Made by a program: the position numbers and the translations under genes. Below the pieces are notes generated by a model. It was not told the origin of the DNA. It did no database searches and saw nothing but the letters and a program-made list of their open reading frames with translations. 46,379 nt of DNA from Thermococcus sp. JdFR-02 (GTDB taxonomy: Archaea > Methanobacteriota_B > Thermococci > Thermococcales > Thermococcaceae), in contig MTLP01000006.1 in assembly GCA_002009975.1 (NCBI GenBank), positions 1 through 46,379 on the forward strand. The letters run 5' to 3'. Shown here piece after piece: positions 1 through 10,524 of this stretch (position 1 is the first letter of the stretch; the number at the start of each line of letters is the position of its first letter).

Positions 1-1151
1 TTTAACGCTACCAAATCAATTTCCTCACTTTTATGCCACCACTTTCCAATCTTAACAAACCTAAAAGGCAGTCTCTTCGCTTTGTTAAACTCAACCAAAA
101 AATCCTGTGCAACTTTTTCAAAAACCATACCAAGGTAAGCGTTAAAGTCTTCCATAACAATATCAATAAGCTCCTCTCCCCTTGCCGCTTCAATTAAATC
201 AGCGTTTGGATAAACATAGCGGAACCAAAAGGCAAAATAGAAGTCGTTTAAATAATATTTCCCTTTTCGGCTTTTGTAATTTGCCGTTATTGGGACTTTT
301 CTTTGAACTATCTCAAGCTCCCTAAGAACTGAAAGATATTTACCAACCATCCCTCTATCTAAACCTGTTTCGTTAACTATTTCTCCTAGAGTAGTCTTAC
401 CTCTTGCTATTGCTTCGATTATTGCAAAATAGTTCCTCGGATCTTCCAGTTCTTCTCGTAGAATGAAAATAGCATCTTGGTAAAGTATAGAGTCAAAGCG
501 AAAATACCTCTTTAGATTTTCTTTAATCGTTAATCCATCCGAGAACTCAAGCAAATACGCCGGATTTCCACCTAAGATTCCGTAGACCTTTACCAAATCC
601 TCCCATGAATAGCTAGGAAAGAAGTCTCTAATCTCAAAGAATCTTAAGGGTTTTATCTTTAGCTGTGCAGTTCTCCTACCGTAGAGGGGACTTTTATATC
701 CCAAAAGTTTTTCCATCATGCTTATTGAAGAACCACAGATTATGAAGAAGAGCTTTGAATCCTTCAGCTTCAGATCCCAATATTCTTGGAGAATTGATGG
801 TAATGCTGAATTGCCTTTAACGAGATAAGGAAACTCATCGATTGCTACAATAACCCTTTTATCACTTTTCGATGCAAGGTACTCAAAGAAAGCATCCCAG
901 CTTTGAAAGGGATTTTTGATCAGAAACTTATCATTAAAACACTCAGCCATTTTCTGGGAGAATCGCCTTAGGTTTTCCTTATCACTGGTTTCTCTTGCAA
1001 GAAGGTATACCCCTTTCTTGTTTTCTAGGAATTTTAAAATTAAGGCGGTTTTACCAACCCTTCTCCTTCCATAGATTACTACAAATTCTGCTTTTTCTGA
1101 ATGATACCTTTCCTCCAAAGCTAAAAGTTCTCCTCTTCTATTCACAAACAT
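1..1151 (-). CDS. Archaeal AAA ATPase / ATP-binding protein with wHTH and DUF234 (PD-(D/E)XK) C-terminus; partial, runs off window start
   Basis: Missing from the ORF track because it has no stop in the window. Manual translation from ATG at 1151: MFVNRRGELLALEERYHSEKAEFVVIYGRRRVGKT (Walker A), IVAIDEFPYL (Walker B), later YYLNDFYFAFWFRYV and GKWWHKSEEIDLVAL (DUF234-type). Confidence 0.9.
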   Translation of the reverse strand, partial: MFVNRRGELLALEERYHSEKAEFVVIYGRRRVGKTALILKFLENKKGVYLLARETSDKENLRRFSQKMAECFNDKFLIKNPFQSWDAFFEYLASKSDKRVIVAIDEFPYLVKGNSALPSILQEYWDLKLKDSKLFFIICGSSISMMEKLLGYKSPLYGRRTAQLKIKPLRFFEIRDFFPSYSWEDLVKVYGILGGNPAYLLEFSDGLTIKENLKRYFRFDSILYQDAIFILREELEDPRNYFAIIEAIARGKTTLGEIVNETGLDRGMVGKYLSVLRELEIVQRKVPITANYKSRKGKYYLNDFYFAFWFRYVYPNADLIEAARGEELIDIVMEDFNAYLGMVFEKVAQDFLVEFNKAKRLPFRFVKIGKWWHKSEEIDLVAL

Positions 1152-1198
1152 TTTACTCACAAGTAATTTACTTGTAAGTAAATTATTTAAACTTTTCT
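1152..1198 (-). promoter_or_regulatory. BRE/TATA plus tandem palindromic operator for the ATPase gene
   Basis: Minus strand reads GAAAAG-TTTAAATA, then two TTACT-N4-AGTAA palindromes (1153-1166, 1168-1181), then the ATG. Confidence 0.7.
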
Positions 1199-1275
1199 CC
1201 GAACAAAAGAGATTTTATGCGAATTATGAAATGAAGTCATACAAACTAAAATAAAGAGAATGAAGATAAAAAGCT

Positions 1276-2556
1276 TTAAAGCTTAACTACATGGACGGAA
1301 CATGAAATACATGGATCAAAAGCTCTAACTGTCATCTCTGATAACAGCTTAAGCCTCTCTGGATCATCTTGATAGTGCTTCTCTGCCATTAATCTTACGT
1401 GCCTTTCCATGATTGCTAAGTTCATTGCTGTTGGTGTAATAATGTCAGCATAGGCAACTTTTCCATCTTTAACCTCCAAAGCATAAACTAACAATCCTCT
1501 TGGAGCTTCTGTAATGCTTACTCCAAAACCGTCTTTTAGCTCGACTTCGTCCCTTGGTCTTATCTCCCACTTTGCTAATGTTTCATCTATTAAGTCAATT
1601 GCCCTTTCTGTGAAGTAAACTAATTCCAAGGCTTGAGCAAAGTTGTTTGCAAAACAGTTATCGTATCTTAAGAGATCCTTGTATTGCTCATAAAGTTCCT
1701 TGGCTTTTCCATAAAGCAAATCAGCGTTGTTGACAACTCTCGAAATTGCACCTACCATGAAAGGCTTTTCTTTGTAGAAACTGTGTTTTGCAAAGCTGTG
1801 CTCAACAACTTTTTCAATTATATGGTTCCTGTAATCCTCAACTGGGAATTTAAAGCCATCATTAACTTTTATGTAGTCTCCATAAATGCCGTAAACCCCA
1901 TCCCTTGGATCAACAGCCATGTGAACGTTCTCTTTGTCCTCGACTTCACTAAATTGCTCAAGCTTTGCAAAAAGTTCAACTGTATACTCAGCCAAAGGTA
2001 ATGCTTCTTTTAATTCTCGCTTAAGCTCTTCAAATTGAGCTTTGGTTGGTAGTTTCCCAAAACCACCTAAGACAGCATTCTCCTGATGAATAGCTCTTGA
2101 GCCAAGATAATCCATAACTTTTGAACCTATGTTCTTTAAAGCTAAAGCATACTCGATCTCTTTCTTATACTTGTCAACCATACTCAATGGGTTTCCATAG
2201 CCAAGGTAGTCAGGTAAAACAAGCAAATACAAGTGTAGAGCATGGCTCTCTATCATGTCTCCAATATATAAAAGCTCCCTCAGCTTCTGTATCTCATCTC
2301 TTGGAGTGAAGCCAATAGCCTTTTCTGCCGCTTCAATAGCAGTTAGCTTATGTGAAGCTGAACAGAATGAACAAATTCTTGGATAAATTGCTAAAGCCTC
2401 GTCAAGTTTTTTCCCTATGGTTATGGCTTCAAAGAACCTTGGACCTTCAATTATGTTGAGCTTAACCTCTTTAAGCCCTTCATCTCCAACAACTATTTCA
2501 ATTCCACCTTTACCTTCAACTCTCGCAATGTGATCAACTGTAATAGGGATGTACAT
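1276..2556 (-). CDS. hydA: Cytoplasmic group 3b [NiFe] hydrogenase (sulfhydrogenase) large/alpha subunit
   Basis: RVEGKG, PRICSFC (L1) and DPCISCSVH (L2) Ni-binding motifs, with a short cleavable tail (VVKL). Confidence 0.95.
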   Translation of the reverse strand: MYIPITVDHIARVEGKGGIEIVVGDEGLKEVKLNIIEGPRFFEAITIGKKLDEALAIYPRICSFCSASHKLTAIEAAEKAIGFTPRDEIQKLRELLYIGDMIESHALHLYLLVLPDYLGYGNPLSMVDKYKKEIEYALALKNIGSKVMDYLGSRAIHQENAVLGGFGKLPTKAQFEELKRELKEALPLAEYTVELFAKLEQFSEVEDKENVHMAVDPRDGVYGIYGDYIKVNDGFKFPVEDYRNHIIEKVVEHSFAKHSFYKEKPFMVGAISRVVNNADLLYGKAKELYEQYKDLLRYDNCFANNFAQALELVYFTERAIDLIDETLAKWEIRPRDEVELKDGFGVSITEAPRGLLVYALEVKDGKVAYADIITPTAMNLAIMERHVRLMAEKHYQDDPERLKLLSEMTVRAFDPCISCSVHVVKL

Positions 2557-3350
2557 CATTCTCCCTCCTCAAAGACTTTGTTTATCATTTCTTCAAGCTT
2601 TGGATTGTGAGCATTGAAGATTCTCATCCTCTCTAAGATTTCCTCCTTTGTGAGTCCCTTCTTTTTGAATTCTCTGGCTAAAGAATCAAACCATGCCACA
2701 CCATAACCAACAGCACCTCTACACCCAATACAAGCTATGTTAAAGCTTGGACACCTTGCATCACAGCCAGCTGTGGTTAAAGGTCCTAAACAGGGTTCAC
2801 CCTTTTCGATTAGTATACATGGGTTTCCATTTAAGCGGCACTCTACACAGACTGGATAATCAATATCTTCGGGCCATGAACCAATTAAGAAAGTTCCCAA
2901 TGCATAGAGAAAGTCCTTCTTTTCGGGTGGACAGCCATAGAGTTTATAATCAACTTTTATATAGTTTTCAACTGGTTCTGCCATCTTTGGTTCAAACTTT
3001 ACTCTTCCATCTCCGTAAACAGTCTTCCAAAGCTCTTCAAGCTCTTTATCTTTGCCCCAGCTTTGGACTCCTCCATGAATAGCACAAGAACCAACGGCAA
3101 TCACTATCTTAGCTTTCTCTCTAATTTTTTTGATTAACTCGATTTCTTCTTGAGTTGAAACACTTCCCTCAATGAACGCTATATCAACTTCTCTTTCCTC
3201 ATCACTATCTCTGTCGACCATAAACCAGCACTCAATGTTTGCCTTATCAAGAAGCTGAACTATTTCATCCATCATAGCGAATTGTAATTGACAGCCGTAG
3301 CATGAAGTGAGAGCGTAAAATCCAATTCTAACTTTTTCCATCCCCATCAC
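2556..3350 (-). CDS. hydD: Group 3b hydrogenase small/delta subunit
   Basis: TSCYGC, GSCA, GCPP motifs and C-terminal Fe-S cysteines (CVEC, CLGP, CIGCRG). Confidence 0.93.
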   Translation of the reverse strand: MMGMEKVRIGFYALTSCYGCQLQFAMMDEIVQLLDKANIECWFMVDRDSDEEREVDIAFIEGSVSTQEEIELIKKIREKAKIVIAVGSCAIHGGVQSWGKDKELEELWKTVYGDGRVKFEPKMAEPVENYIKVDYKLYGCPPEKKDFLYALGTFLIGSWPEDIDYPVCVECRLNGNPCILIEKGEPCLGPLTTAGCDARCPSFNIACIGCRGAVGYGVAWFDSLAREFKKKGLTKEEILERMRIFNAHNPKLEEMINKVFEEGE

Positions 3351-3351
3351 C

Positions 3352-4203
3352 TCAATCCAATAGCCCCGGTGTTGATACTATGTCAAAGTAACCAAATACT
3401 GGACCATCCTTACATATATACTTCCAAGAGGTGCTTGTTCCAACGTTACAGTGACCACATTTTCCAATTCCACACTTCATCCTTCTTTCAAGGGTTACGT
3501 AGATGTTCTCTGGTCTATAGCCGTAATTTATGAGCGTTTCAAAAACATCCCTATACATTCTAGGAGGTCCACAAACTGTTACTGCAGTTTTCTTTGGGTT
3601 TGTATTCGCCTCAACTATGAATTGTTGAGGTCTTCCCTTCAATCCCTTCCATTCCTTATCTCTCGTGACACTTTGAATTATCTTAACGTTTTCAGCCTCT
3701 GCTAAATCCCTAATAGCTTCAAGCTCCTTATAGAATAAGAGTTCCTTTCCATATCTCGCTGTGTTAATGAAAGTTATGTTTCCAAATTTCCATCTGTTAT
3801 CCATTGCATAGAGAAAGACGCTTCTTAGGGGAGCAGTTCCAAGACCAGCAGCAATGATTAATAAATCCATCCCTTCCCACTCATCAACTGGAAATCCATT
3901 TCCATATGGCCCTCTAACTAATACTGTGTCACCTGGCTTTAGCCTATGAATTACAGTGGTTACCCTTCCAATTCTCCTAATACAAAGCTCAAAGAAACCT
4001 TTCCTCATTGGTGATGAACATATACTAATTGGAACCTCTCCAACTCCCGGGATAGTCAATTGAACGAACTGCCCTGGCTTGAATGTCCAATTCTCAGCAA
4101 TTTCAGAATTTTCAAATCTAAAGAGGAACAACTTTTCGGTCTCAGTTAAATCATAAACCCTTAAAACCTTTGCTTTTTCTAATGCATAAGGGTTATCGCT
4201 CAT
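3352..4203 (-). CDS. hydG: Group 3b hydrogenase gamma subunit (FAD/NAD(P)-binding, 2Fe-2S)
   Basis: [26 protein letters not shown] and [11 protein letters not shown]...C motifs. Confidence 0.93.
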   Translation of the reverse strand: MSDNPYALEKAKVLRVYDLTETEKLFLFRFENSEIAENWTFKPGQFVQLTIPGVGEVPISICSSPMRKGFFELCIRRIGRVTTVIHRLKPGDTVLVRGPYGNGFPVDEWEGMDLLIIAAGLGTAPLRSVFLYAMDNRWKFGNITFINTARYGKELLFYKELEAIRDLAEAENVKIIQSVTRDKEWKGLKGRPQQFIVEANTNPKKTAVTVCGPPRMYRDVFETLINYGYRPENIYVTLERRMKCGIGKCGHCNVGTSTSWKYICKDGPVFGYFDIVSTPGLLD

Positions 4204-5291
4204 TGCTTAGCACCTCCATAGGCAAATCCTCTCTTTGGAATCTCCTCGCTAATCTCAGGTGGACAGCTTTTGTCTTCCAATCCCATAATCGTCCTTAAAT
4301 TCTTTACAAAGCTGATTCCTGCTGGGCAGAAGTAGGTACATCTTCCACAGCCAACACAGTAGCTTAATCCAAGCTTTTCGTTATAGGAGTTCTTACATAG
4401 ATAGCGGTTCATGAAACGAGACCTTTTAGTTGGTCTAAAGTTGTGATTACCTGCAACTAAGCCGTGACTCCTCAACTGACAAGAATCCCATCTTCTAATC
4501 CTAACACCAGTGTCTCCATCAAGATTTGGTATATCTTGGACTTCATAGCATCTACAAGTTGGACAAGTTGTATTACAATTACCACATGCCAAACAGAGCT
4601 CGCTTTGCTCATCCCACATTGGGTGTTCCATTTCAAGCTCAAGCAAGTATCTAAGGCTACCCCAATCTTCGTGATATTTAAATGATTCTTCTCTCTTCTT
4701 TTCAAATTCTCTAAAGTCACAGATATCTTGACTTGTAACTTCCTCAAAGAGCTTTATGCTCTTGTCAACTATTCTGTGTCCTATTGGTGTGCCAACCCTA
4801 ACCAGATAACCATCTGGAAGTTCGTGCAAGAACAAATCAAAACCATCATCAGCAAAATCGGTCTCTCTTAAGTTACAGAAACAGTATTCATCTGGCATAC
4901 AGCTTATACCAATGATAATTCCTTTTTCCCTTCTAACTTTGTAGTATTTGTCTGGAAATTCGTCTAAGTAGATAGTGTCCATAATCTTTAGTGCAAAGAT
5001 GTCACATGCGTGAAGACCAAACACAACAAAGGGTTCAACATTTTCAATAGTTTCTTTATACTCAGCTTTTGAAATGCTGAACTCAAACATCTTTTCTCTC
5101 GGCAAGAAGAAGAACTTCTTAGGTGGCATTATCGTTCTGTTGTAATGGAATTCTATCTTTTTAACATCATCAACTTCTCTGAAGTCATAGAACTTTTCTG
5201 AGATCTTTACTGGAGCATAAAGTTTTCCATAATCCTTTAACCTCTCAAGGAAGTCATAAATATTCTCTTTTGGAAGTTTAACATATCTCAC
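4200..5291 (-). CDS. hydB: Group 3b hydrogenase beta subunit (Fe-S)
   Basis: [14 protein letters not shown] and [12 protein letters not shown] ferredoxin motifs. Start moved to GTG 5291 ([10 protein letters not shown]), which follows a purine-rich RBS. Confidence 0.92.
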   Translation of the reverse strand: MRYVKLPKENIYDFLERLKDYGKLYAPVKISEKFYDFREVDDVKKIEFHYNRTIMPPKKFFFLPREKMFEFSISKAEYKETIENVEPFVVFGLHACDIFALKIMDTIYLDEFPDKYYKVRREKGIIIGISCMPDEYCFCNLRETDFADDGFDLFLHELPDGYLVRVGTPIGHRIVDKSIKLFEEVTSQDICDFREFEKKREESFKYHEDWGSLRYLLELEMEHPMWDEQSELCLACGNCNTTCPTCRCYEVQDIPNLDGDTGVRIRRWDSCQLRSHGLVAGNHNFRPTKRSRFMNRYLCKNSYNEKLGLSYCVGCGRCTYFCPAGISFVKNLRTIMGLEDKSCPPEISEEIPKRGFAYGGAKQ

Positions 5292-5394
5292 CTTCTTCCC
5301 CCCATACAATGTACGTGATTATTCATACGCTCATTTTTATTCATTTCAATTGCACCTCTCTTGCTAAATATAAAAAGTCTTTCTAAACCCTTAA

Positions 5395-5417
5395 TTTATC
5401 AACCAAAGGTTGTAAAT
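5395..5417. promoter_or_regulatory. SurR-like binding site upstream of the hydrogenase promoter
   Basis: TTTatcAACcaaagGTTgtaAAT matches GTTn3AACn5GTT with one mismatch on either strand. It lies just upstream of the minus-strand BRE/TATA (AGAAAGAC-TTTTTATA, ~5369-5384). Confidence 0.6.
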
Positions 5418-5562
5418 ACTTTACATTCTAAAACTGCAGTGTCATGATTCTCTGCTAAATGTTACCTACTGTAAAAATACTGACAGTAATGAAGTTTTGG
5501 AATCCACAGATGTACATAATTATCCTATAACCTTTTAAAACTCTTCATCCTTTGTTTTAATC

Positions 5563-6900
5563 ATGCAAATCATAAGTCAAGAGTTAGTGGCTCAAATTCT
5601 AAGTGAAATTGAAAAGACAGGTTCCTCAGCTAAGAGTATTTTAGAAAAGAAATTCAAAAAAATGGGAATTGATGACCCAAAAATTAGGGGTTTAGTTCAT
5701 GCCTACGTCTTTGAAATCCTCAAATGGAGAAAAAAGATTGATTTTATTATAAACAGTGTTTTAAAAGGTTCTAAAATTGAAGATTTAGACCTGCTTTTGG
5801 CAAATATTTTGAGAGTAGGCGTTTATGAGATGAAGCTTAAGGGTGTGAATCCAGCATTAGCAACAGATTCAGCAGTTCGATTAGTGAAGAAGCATTATGG
5901 ATTACGAAGAGCTAAATTTGCCAATGCTGTTTTAAGATTTGCCGAGGAATTTGATGAAGAAAAAGCCCTTACAAAGCTTAAAGAGAAAGACAGAATAGAA
6001 TATTTGAGTGTTAAATTCTCCCATCCACACTGGTATGTGGAATATACCATAGATTTGCTTGGTTATGAAAACGCTATAAGATTAATGATTTCAAATAATA
6101 AGCCGCAGCGCTATTATGTGAGAGTAAATCAATTAAAAACAGATATTGACAAGCTTAAGGAATATTTAGAAGAAAACAACGTCAAAGTTGCCATGACTCC
6201 AATTCCCGACGTCCTAAAGGTCTTAGAGTATGAAAAACCGATTACAAGACTTGAATGGTATAAGTTAGGATATTTTGTGATCCAAGACTTAGCCAGTGCT
6301 TATGTTGCCCATGTTTTGGAACCGGAGAGAGGAGATAGGATTTTAGACTTAGCAGCAGCCCCAGGGAGTAAAACATTTCATGTTGCACATTTGATGGAAA
6401 ATACCGGTGAGATAGTTGCTGTAGATTACTCCCTAGAGCGTTTAAAAAGGATGCGCGAGAAAATGAAAATTTTGGGAATAAGGAATGTTAAATTGATCCA
6501 CGCAGATGGCATGAAATTCAAAGACAAAAAAGAATTTGACAAGATTATTCTTGATCCACCTTGCTCATCATCAGGAACTTATAGACAATTTCCAGAGGTA
6601 AAGTGGCTTTTTGATGAAAAAAAGATTAAGGGAGTGATAAAAGTTCAAAGAGCAATGCTTAGAAATGCCTACCGCAACTTGAGAAAGGAGGGTGAAATAA
6701 CCTATTCAACCTGCTCAATTAGGGTTGGTGAAAATGAGGAGAACATCAAATATGCCTTAAGCTTGGGTTTTGAGTTGGTTGATTATCCTTTTGATTGGGG
6801 TGAGAAGGGATTCACGGATATTGGAGATAAAGTGTTTAGAACTTTCACACACATAAATGACTGCAACAGCTTTTTTATAGCAAAATTAAAAAAGCCATGA
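5563..6900 (+). CDS. RsmB/Fmu (NOL1/NOP2/Sun) RNA m5C methyltransferase with N-terminal NusB-like domain
   Basis: QDLAS, ILDLAAAPGSKT, ILDPPCSSSG, YSTCSI and ENEE motifs. Confidence 0.9.
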   Translation: MQIISQELVAQILSEIEKTGSSAKSILEKKFKKMGIDDPKIRGLVHAYVFEILKWRKKIDFIINSVLKGSKIEDLDLLLANILRVGVYEMKLKGVNPALATDSAVRLVKKHYGLRRAKFANAVLRFAEEFDEEKALTKLKEKDRIEYLSVKFSHPHWYVEYTIDLLGYENAIRLMISNNKPQRYYVRVNQLKTDIDKLKEYLEENNVKVAMTPIPDVLKVLEYEKPITRLEWYKLGYFVIQDLASAYVAHVLEPERGDRILDLAAAPGSKTFHVAHLMENTGEIVAVDYSLERLKRMREKMKILGIRNVKLIHADGMKFKDKKEFDKIILDPPCSSSGTYRQFPEVKWLFDEKKIKGVIKVQRAMLRNAYRNLRKEGEITYSTCSIRVGENEENIKYALSLGFELVDYPFDWGEKGFTDIGDKVFRTFTHINDCNSFFIAKLKKP

Positions 6901-6903
6901 TGC

Positions 6904-7524
6904 TTAAACAATGAAAAAGAACAATAATAACAAAATTCCTGGAACTGTTACTTCGTCTATAACTGAAGGTTGAGGGAGACTTTCTGCTAAAGTTGCCATG
7001 GATGAAATAAAGATTCCATTTTTAAGTTCTAAGCCTAAGAGTGTGCAAATTAAGACTGAAATTATCAACATTGCCAAACTTCCAAAAATGCTTTTTCTCG
7101 GATTCCAAGGTATTTTCGGTTTGTGTAAGTAGCGTCCAATTATAGCCGCTACTGCATCACCAAAGCTCGCTATTGTTATTGCAATTACAGCTTCTAAAGG
7201 ATTTAGAAAGTAAATTATCAGAATAGCAAACCCCCAGAAGTAAAGCGCCCCCATAAAGTGTCTTTTTTCAATTTCCTCTTTTCTTGCCATGATTTGATAG
7301 GTTTTTGTCGTTATGGGTGCTTCATAAGGGATGAAGCCTTTGATATAAAGTTCATTCCAGAGATAAAGGAGAAAGAAAAGCATTGCTATCCAAAGACCAA
7401 CAGTCCTGCCAAGGAAAACTAGTATCGGATAGGCTAAAAAACCTGGAATCATGTGAATACTTTTCCTTTTTAACTCAATTAGAGCAGCCTCTTTTCCATG
7501 AGCATATAGGTCTATCCTCTCCAT
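6904..7524 (-). CDS. Dolichol/phytol kinase family membrane protein
   Basis: ELKRKSIH, FGDAVAAIIG and KSIFGS motifs; several hydrophobic helices. Confidence 0.75.
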   Translation of the reverse strand: MERIDLYAHGKEAALIELKRKSIHMIPGFLAYPILVFLGRTVGLWIAMLFFLLYLWNELYIKGFIPYEAPITTKTYQIMARKEEIEKRHFMGALYFWGFAILIIYFLNPLEAVIAITIASFGDAVAAIIGRYLHKPKIPWNPRKSIFGSLAMLIISVLICTLLGLELKNGIFISSMATLAESLPQPSVIDEVTVPGILLLLFFFIV

Positions 7525-7598
7525 GAAAAAACACCTTATTTAAGACACTAACAAATTAATTAGAGTTCAAAGTTTAAAAAGTTTAAGAAAAGCAAAAA

Positions 7599-8924
7599 TC
7601 ACTTTGTAGCTTTGGTTATTCCAACGTCCTTAATCAGAACATAAGGAGTAAATGCTGGTGTATCCACTTCCCACCAGTGAATTTGGTAAATTTCCTTTCC
7701 TAAGGCGACTATGTTTTCAAATATCTTCTGCATATTGTCACTTACTCTAATGTTTCTTATTGGCTTTGTTATTTCTCCGTTCTCAATTAAGAAAGCTCCA
7801 TCCCTTGGTATCGTTGAAAAGTCTCCAGTAACATAATTTTGGAACCTTGTATACCAAACGTTTGTAATATAAATTCCTTTTCTGACTTCTTGGAAAAGTT
7901 CCTCCTTTGAGTAATCCCCTGGCTCTAAATACATGTTCCATGCCCTTGGCATCATCAAACCTGCATTTGCAGTTGTTTCAGTTTTGTATTTCCTTGCATA
8001 GCTTGTATTTAGAAGATAGGTCTTTAAAACTCCCTTTTCAATTATTGTGGTTTCTTTCGTAGGAACACCTTCCTCATCGAATTTTCTCGTCCCATAACCA
8101 TTTGGCATATTTCCAACATCTTTGAGAACTATATCTTCATTTGCAATCTTTTGTCCTATTTTTCCAGCTAAAAAGCTAAATCCAGCTTCAACAGCAAAAA
8201 CTGAAGCCATCCAGCTCATATATGATAAGATATTTGCAAAAGCTAATGGGTCAAAGATTATGTCGTATTTTCCAGGTTCTCCCTCTATTGGATTTTGAAC
8301 CATTTTTGCAATTTCACCAGCTTTTCTCCCAGCAAATTCTGGATCGAATTTGTCTAAAACCCTTGAAGAACTCGTTCCATGACCACTTGCAACATCATCA
8401 ACAAAAGCCCTAACGCTAATCTCTATTCCCGTTCCTTCATCAAATCCCTCTACATCGTTGCTCGTGGTTAAATAAACCCTATTATGATCTGTGTATAAAA
8501 CACCAGCAACTCTCTTGGCTCCTTCCTCTAAAGCAGCATTTATAGCTTGTTCAACATAAACATTTGGCTCATCCAATTCAACAATTCTCTTGTCAAAGGT
8601 CTCTGGAATGTCTTTGTATTTAAAGGGACCCTCTGCAATACCGTAATAATCTTCTTTAGGCTTCATACTTTTAACAGAGCTTAAAAGTACTTTCAGAGTC
8701 TCCTCGATAGTCTTTTCATCAAAATTAGTTAGCTCTGTTGCGGCTAACCTCTTCTCGTATTCAACAAAGATTTGAGCTTTCTTATAATTCCAGTGCTTTG
8801 CGATAGTTATTTCATTGTTTGCAAATCTAACCTGCCTTCTGTCAGTTTCATAACCTAAAACAACAACATCTCCAAAGCCAAGCTCCTTTGCTTTCTTTAA
8901 GATGAATTCATTAACGTCAAACAT
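7599..8924 (-). CDS. TldE/PmbA family protein
   Basis: FDEEGVPT and GDFS motifs; lacks HExxxH; directly downstream of tldD. Confidence 0.88.
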   Translation of the reverse strand: MFDVNEFILKKAKELGFGDVVVLGYETDRRQVRFANNEITIAKHWNYKKAQIFVEYEKRLAATELTNFDEKTIEETLKVLLSSVKSMKPKEDYYGIAEGPFKYKDIPETFDKRIVELDEPNVYVEQAINAALEEGAKRVAGVLYTDHNRVYLTTSNDVEGFDEGTGIEISVRAFVDDVASGHGTSSSRVLDKFDPEFAGRKAGEIAKMVQNPIEGEPGKYDIIFDPLAFANILSYMSWMASVFAVEAGFSFLAGKIGQKIANEDIVLKDVGNMPNGYGTRKFDEEGVPTKETTIIEKGVLKTYLLNTSYARKYKTETTANAGLMMPRAWNMYLEPGDYSKEELFQEVRKGIYITNVWYTRFQNYVTGDFSTIPRDGAFLIENGEITKPIRNIRVSDNMQKIFENIVALGKEIYQIHWWEVDTPAFTPYVLIKDVGITKATK

Positions 8925-8928
8925 ATTT

Positions 8929-10347
8929 TCACCTCCTCAAAACGATGTCTCTAAGCCTTGCATGTGGACCTCCCATCCAAACTGGAACTCCTTGCATTGG
9001 CTCACCTTTTCCACAGTTGCCGGTGTAGAAGTCAAGATCCTTTCCAACTGCATCAACACTCTTCCATAATCCTGGAGTTGTTATCTCAAGAATAGGTCTT
9101 TTTACTGGATGCTTTATCTCCCCATTCTCAATTAAGTAAGCCTCCCTTCCAATGTATCTCTGTTGATAACGCCTATCATCAATATTCCACTCATTGAAAT
9201 TCCTTATGTAGACTCCAAGCTTTATGTCCTCAATTAGCTCTTCAAATGTGTAATCACCTGGGGCTAAGTAAGTGTTTGCCATCCTAACAATTGGTTCTCT
9301 ATCATAGTTTATCGCTCTGGCAGAGGCATTTGAGTGAATTCCCAAATAGTATGCATATTCTCTGTTGATGAGGAACTCATTGATGATTCCATCTTTTATG
9401 AGGTATCTTGGTCTTGCTTTTACTCCTTCATCGTCGTAGAGATAAAAGCCATAACTGTTTGGTATTGTCGGGTCTTCAACAACTGTTACAACTTCACTTC
9501 CAATTCTTTCACCAAGCATCTCCGGTTTTATAAAGCTCTCTCCAGCTTGAGCGGCTTCCCTTCCCATAATCCTATCAGCCTCATAGGGATGTCCAACGCT
9601 CTCATGGACAGCAATTCCAGCCACCTCTGGTCCTATAACAACATCTACATGTCCCTCTGGTGGTTTTTGACCCTCTTTAATCAGCTTTTGCAAAACCCTA
9701 ACATCCTCTAATGCCTTTTCCCACGGCTTTATTTCTTCGATTTTCTCCAAACCACCAGTGAAGCCATATGAAACAAAAGGTGCTTGCTCTATTTGTCCCT
9801 CTTCAAAAACAACCAAGTTATAAGCGGTTACAACCCTTGGAATAACACTCTCAACCTTAGCTCCTTCATTGTTCACAAAATATTTGCGAGTTATCCAATC
9901 CCTATACATCAAAAATCTCATTGGGACATTTATCCCAGAGCTTAGAACATTCTCTTCAATTAGCTTTAGATACTCCATCTTTTCCTCGGCACTATAGTCT
10001 CTAAAGTCCTTCTTCATCTTAACTTCATAATAAACTTCATGGAACATCTCCTCACTAAACTCTATTGGTTTGTTTCTAACCTTAGAAGAGGCTTTTGCTA
10101 ATTTAACAGCCCTTTCAACGGCTTTAAAGACACTCTCTTTTGTTAGGACATTCGTTGATGCAAAGCCCAAGCCACCATTGATCAAAACCCTAATTCCAAT
10201 TCCCTTATCTGTTTCAATTCCTAAGCCTTCTGGAATACCATTCTTCATTGCTATTTGAATCCCTTTACGCTCTTCCAACCTTGCTTCAGCATATTTTGCT
10301 CCAAGTTCTTGTGCCTTTTCAACGGCAAACTCAACAAGTTCATGCAT
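8929..10347 (-). CDS. tldD: TldD family metalloprotease
   Basis: HESVGH metal motif, YDDEG, RMANTY and CGKGEP. Start at ATG 10347 after GAGGTGA. Confidence 0.88.
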   Translation of the reverse strand: MHELVEFAVEKAQELGAKYAEARLEERKGIQIAMKNGIPEGLGIETDKGIGIRVLINGGLGFASTNVLTKESVFKAVERAVKLAKASSKVRNKPIEFSEEMFHEVYYEVKMKKDFRDYSAEEKMEYLKLIEENVLSSGINVPMRFLMYRDWITRKYFVNNEGAKVESVIPRVVTAYNLVVFEEGQIEQAPFVSYGFTGGLEKIEEIKPWEKALEDVRVLQKLIKEGQKPPEGHVDVVIGPEVAGIAVHESVGHPYEADRIMGREAAQAGESFIKPEMLGERIGSEVVTVVEDPTIPNSYGFYLYDDEGVKARPRYLIKDGIINEFLINREYAYYLGIHSNASARAINYDREPIVRMANTYLAPGDYTFEELIEDIKLGVYIRNFNEWNIDDRRYQQRYIGREAYLIENGEIKHPVKRPILEITTPGLWKSVDAVGKDLDFYTGNCGKGEPMQGVPVWMGGPHARLRDIVLRR

Positions 10348-10524
10348 GTAAATCACCTCGTATCAATGCATACTTAACTCAATTAGTATTTAATCTTTAC
10401 GTTTCGATGGATATCTAAATCCCTTTTTATAATCAAGTTTTAAAATTTTACAAAAAAGTTATAAGCCTAAAATTGCAACTCAATAATAGCAAAAAGGCTT
10501 AGCAAAATTTTAGGAGGCAAAAAT

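Noticed and set aside
8-1177. Short ORFs 8..193 and 995..1177
   Set aside because: Alternative-frame or antisense shadows of the ATPase gene at 1..1151.
5440-5512. Possible C/D-box sRNA upstream of the hydrogenase operon
   Set aside because: The boxes are degenerate and wrongly spaced, and no recognisable guide is present.
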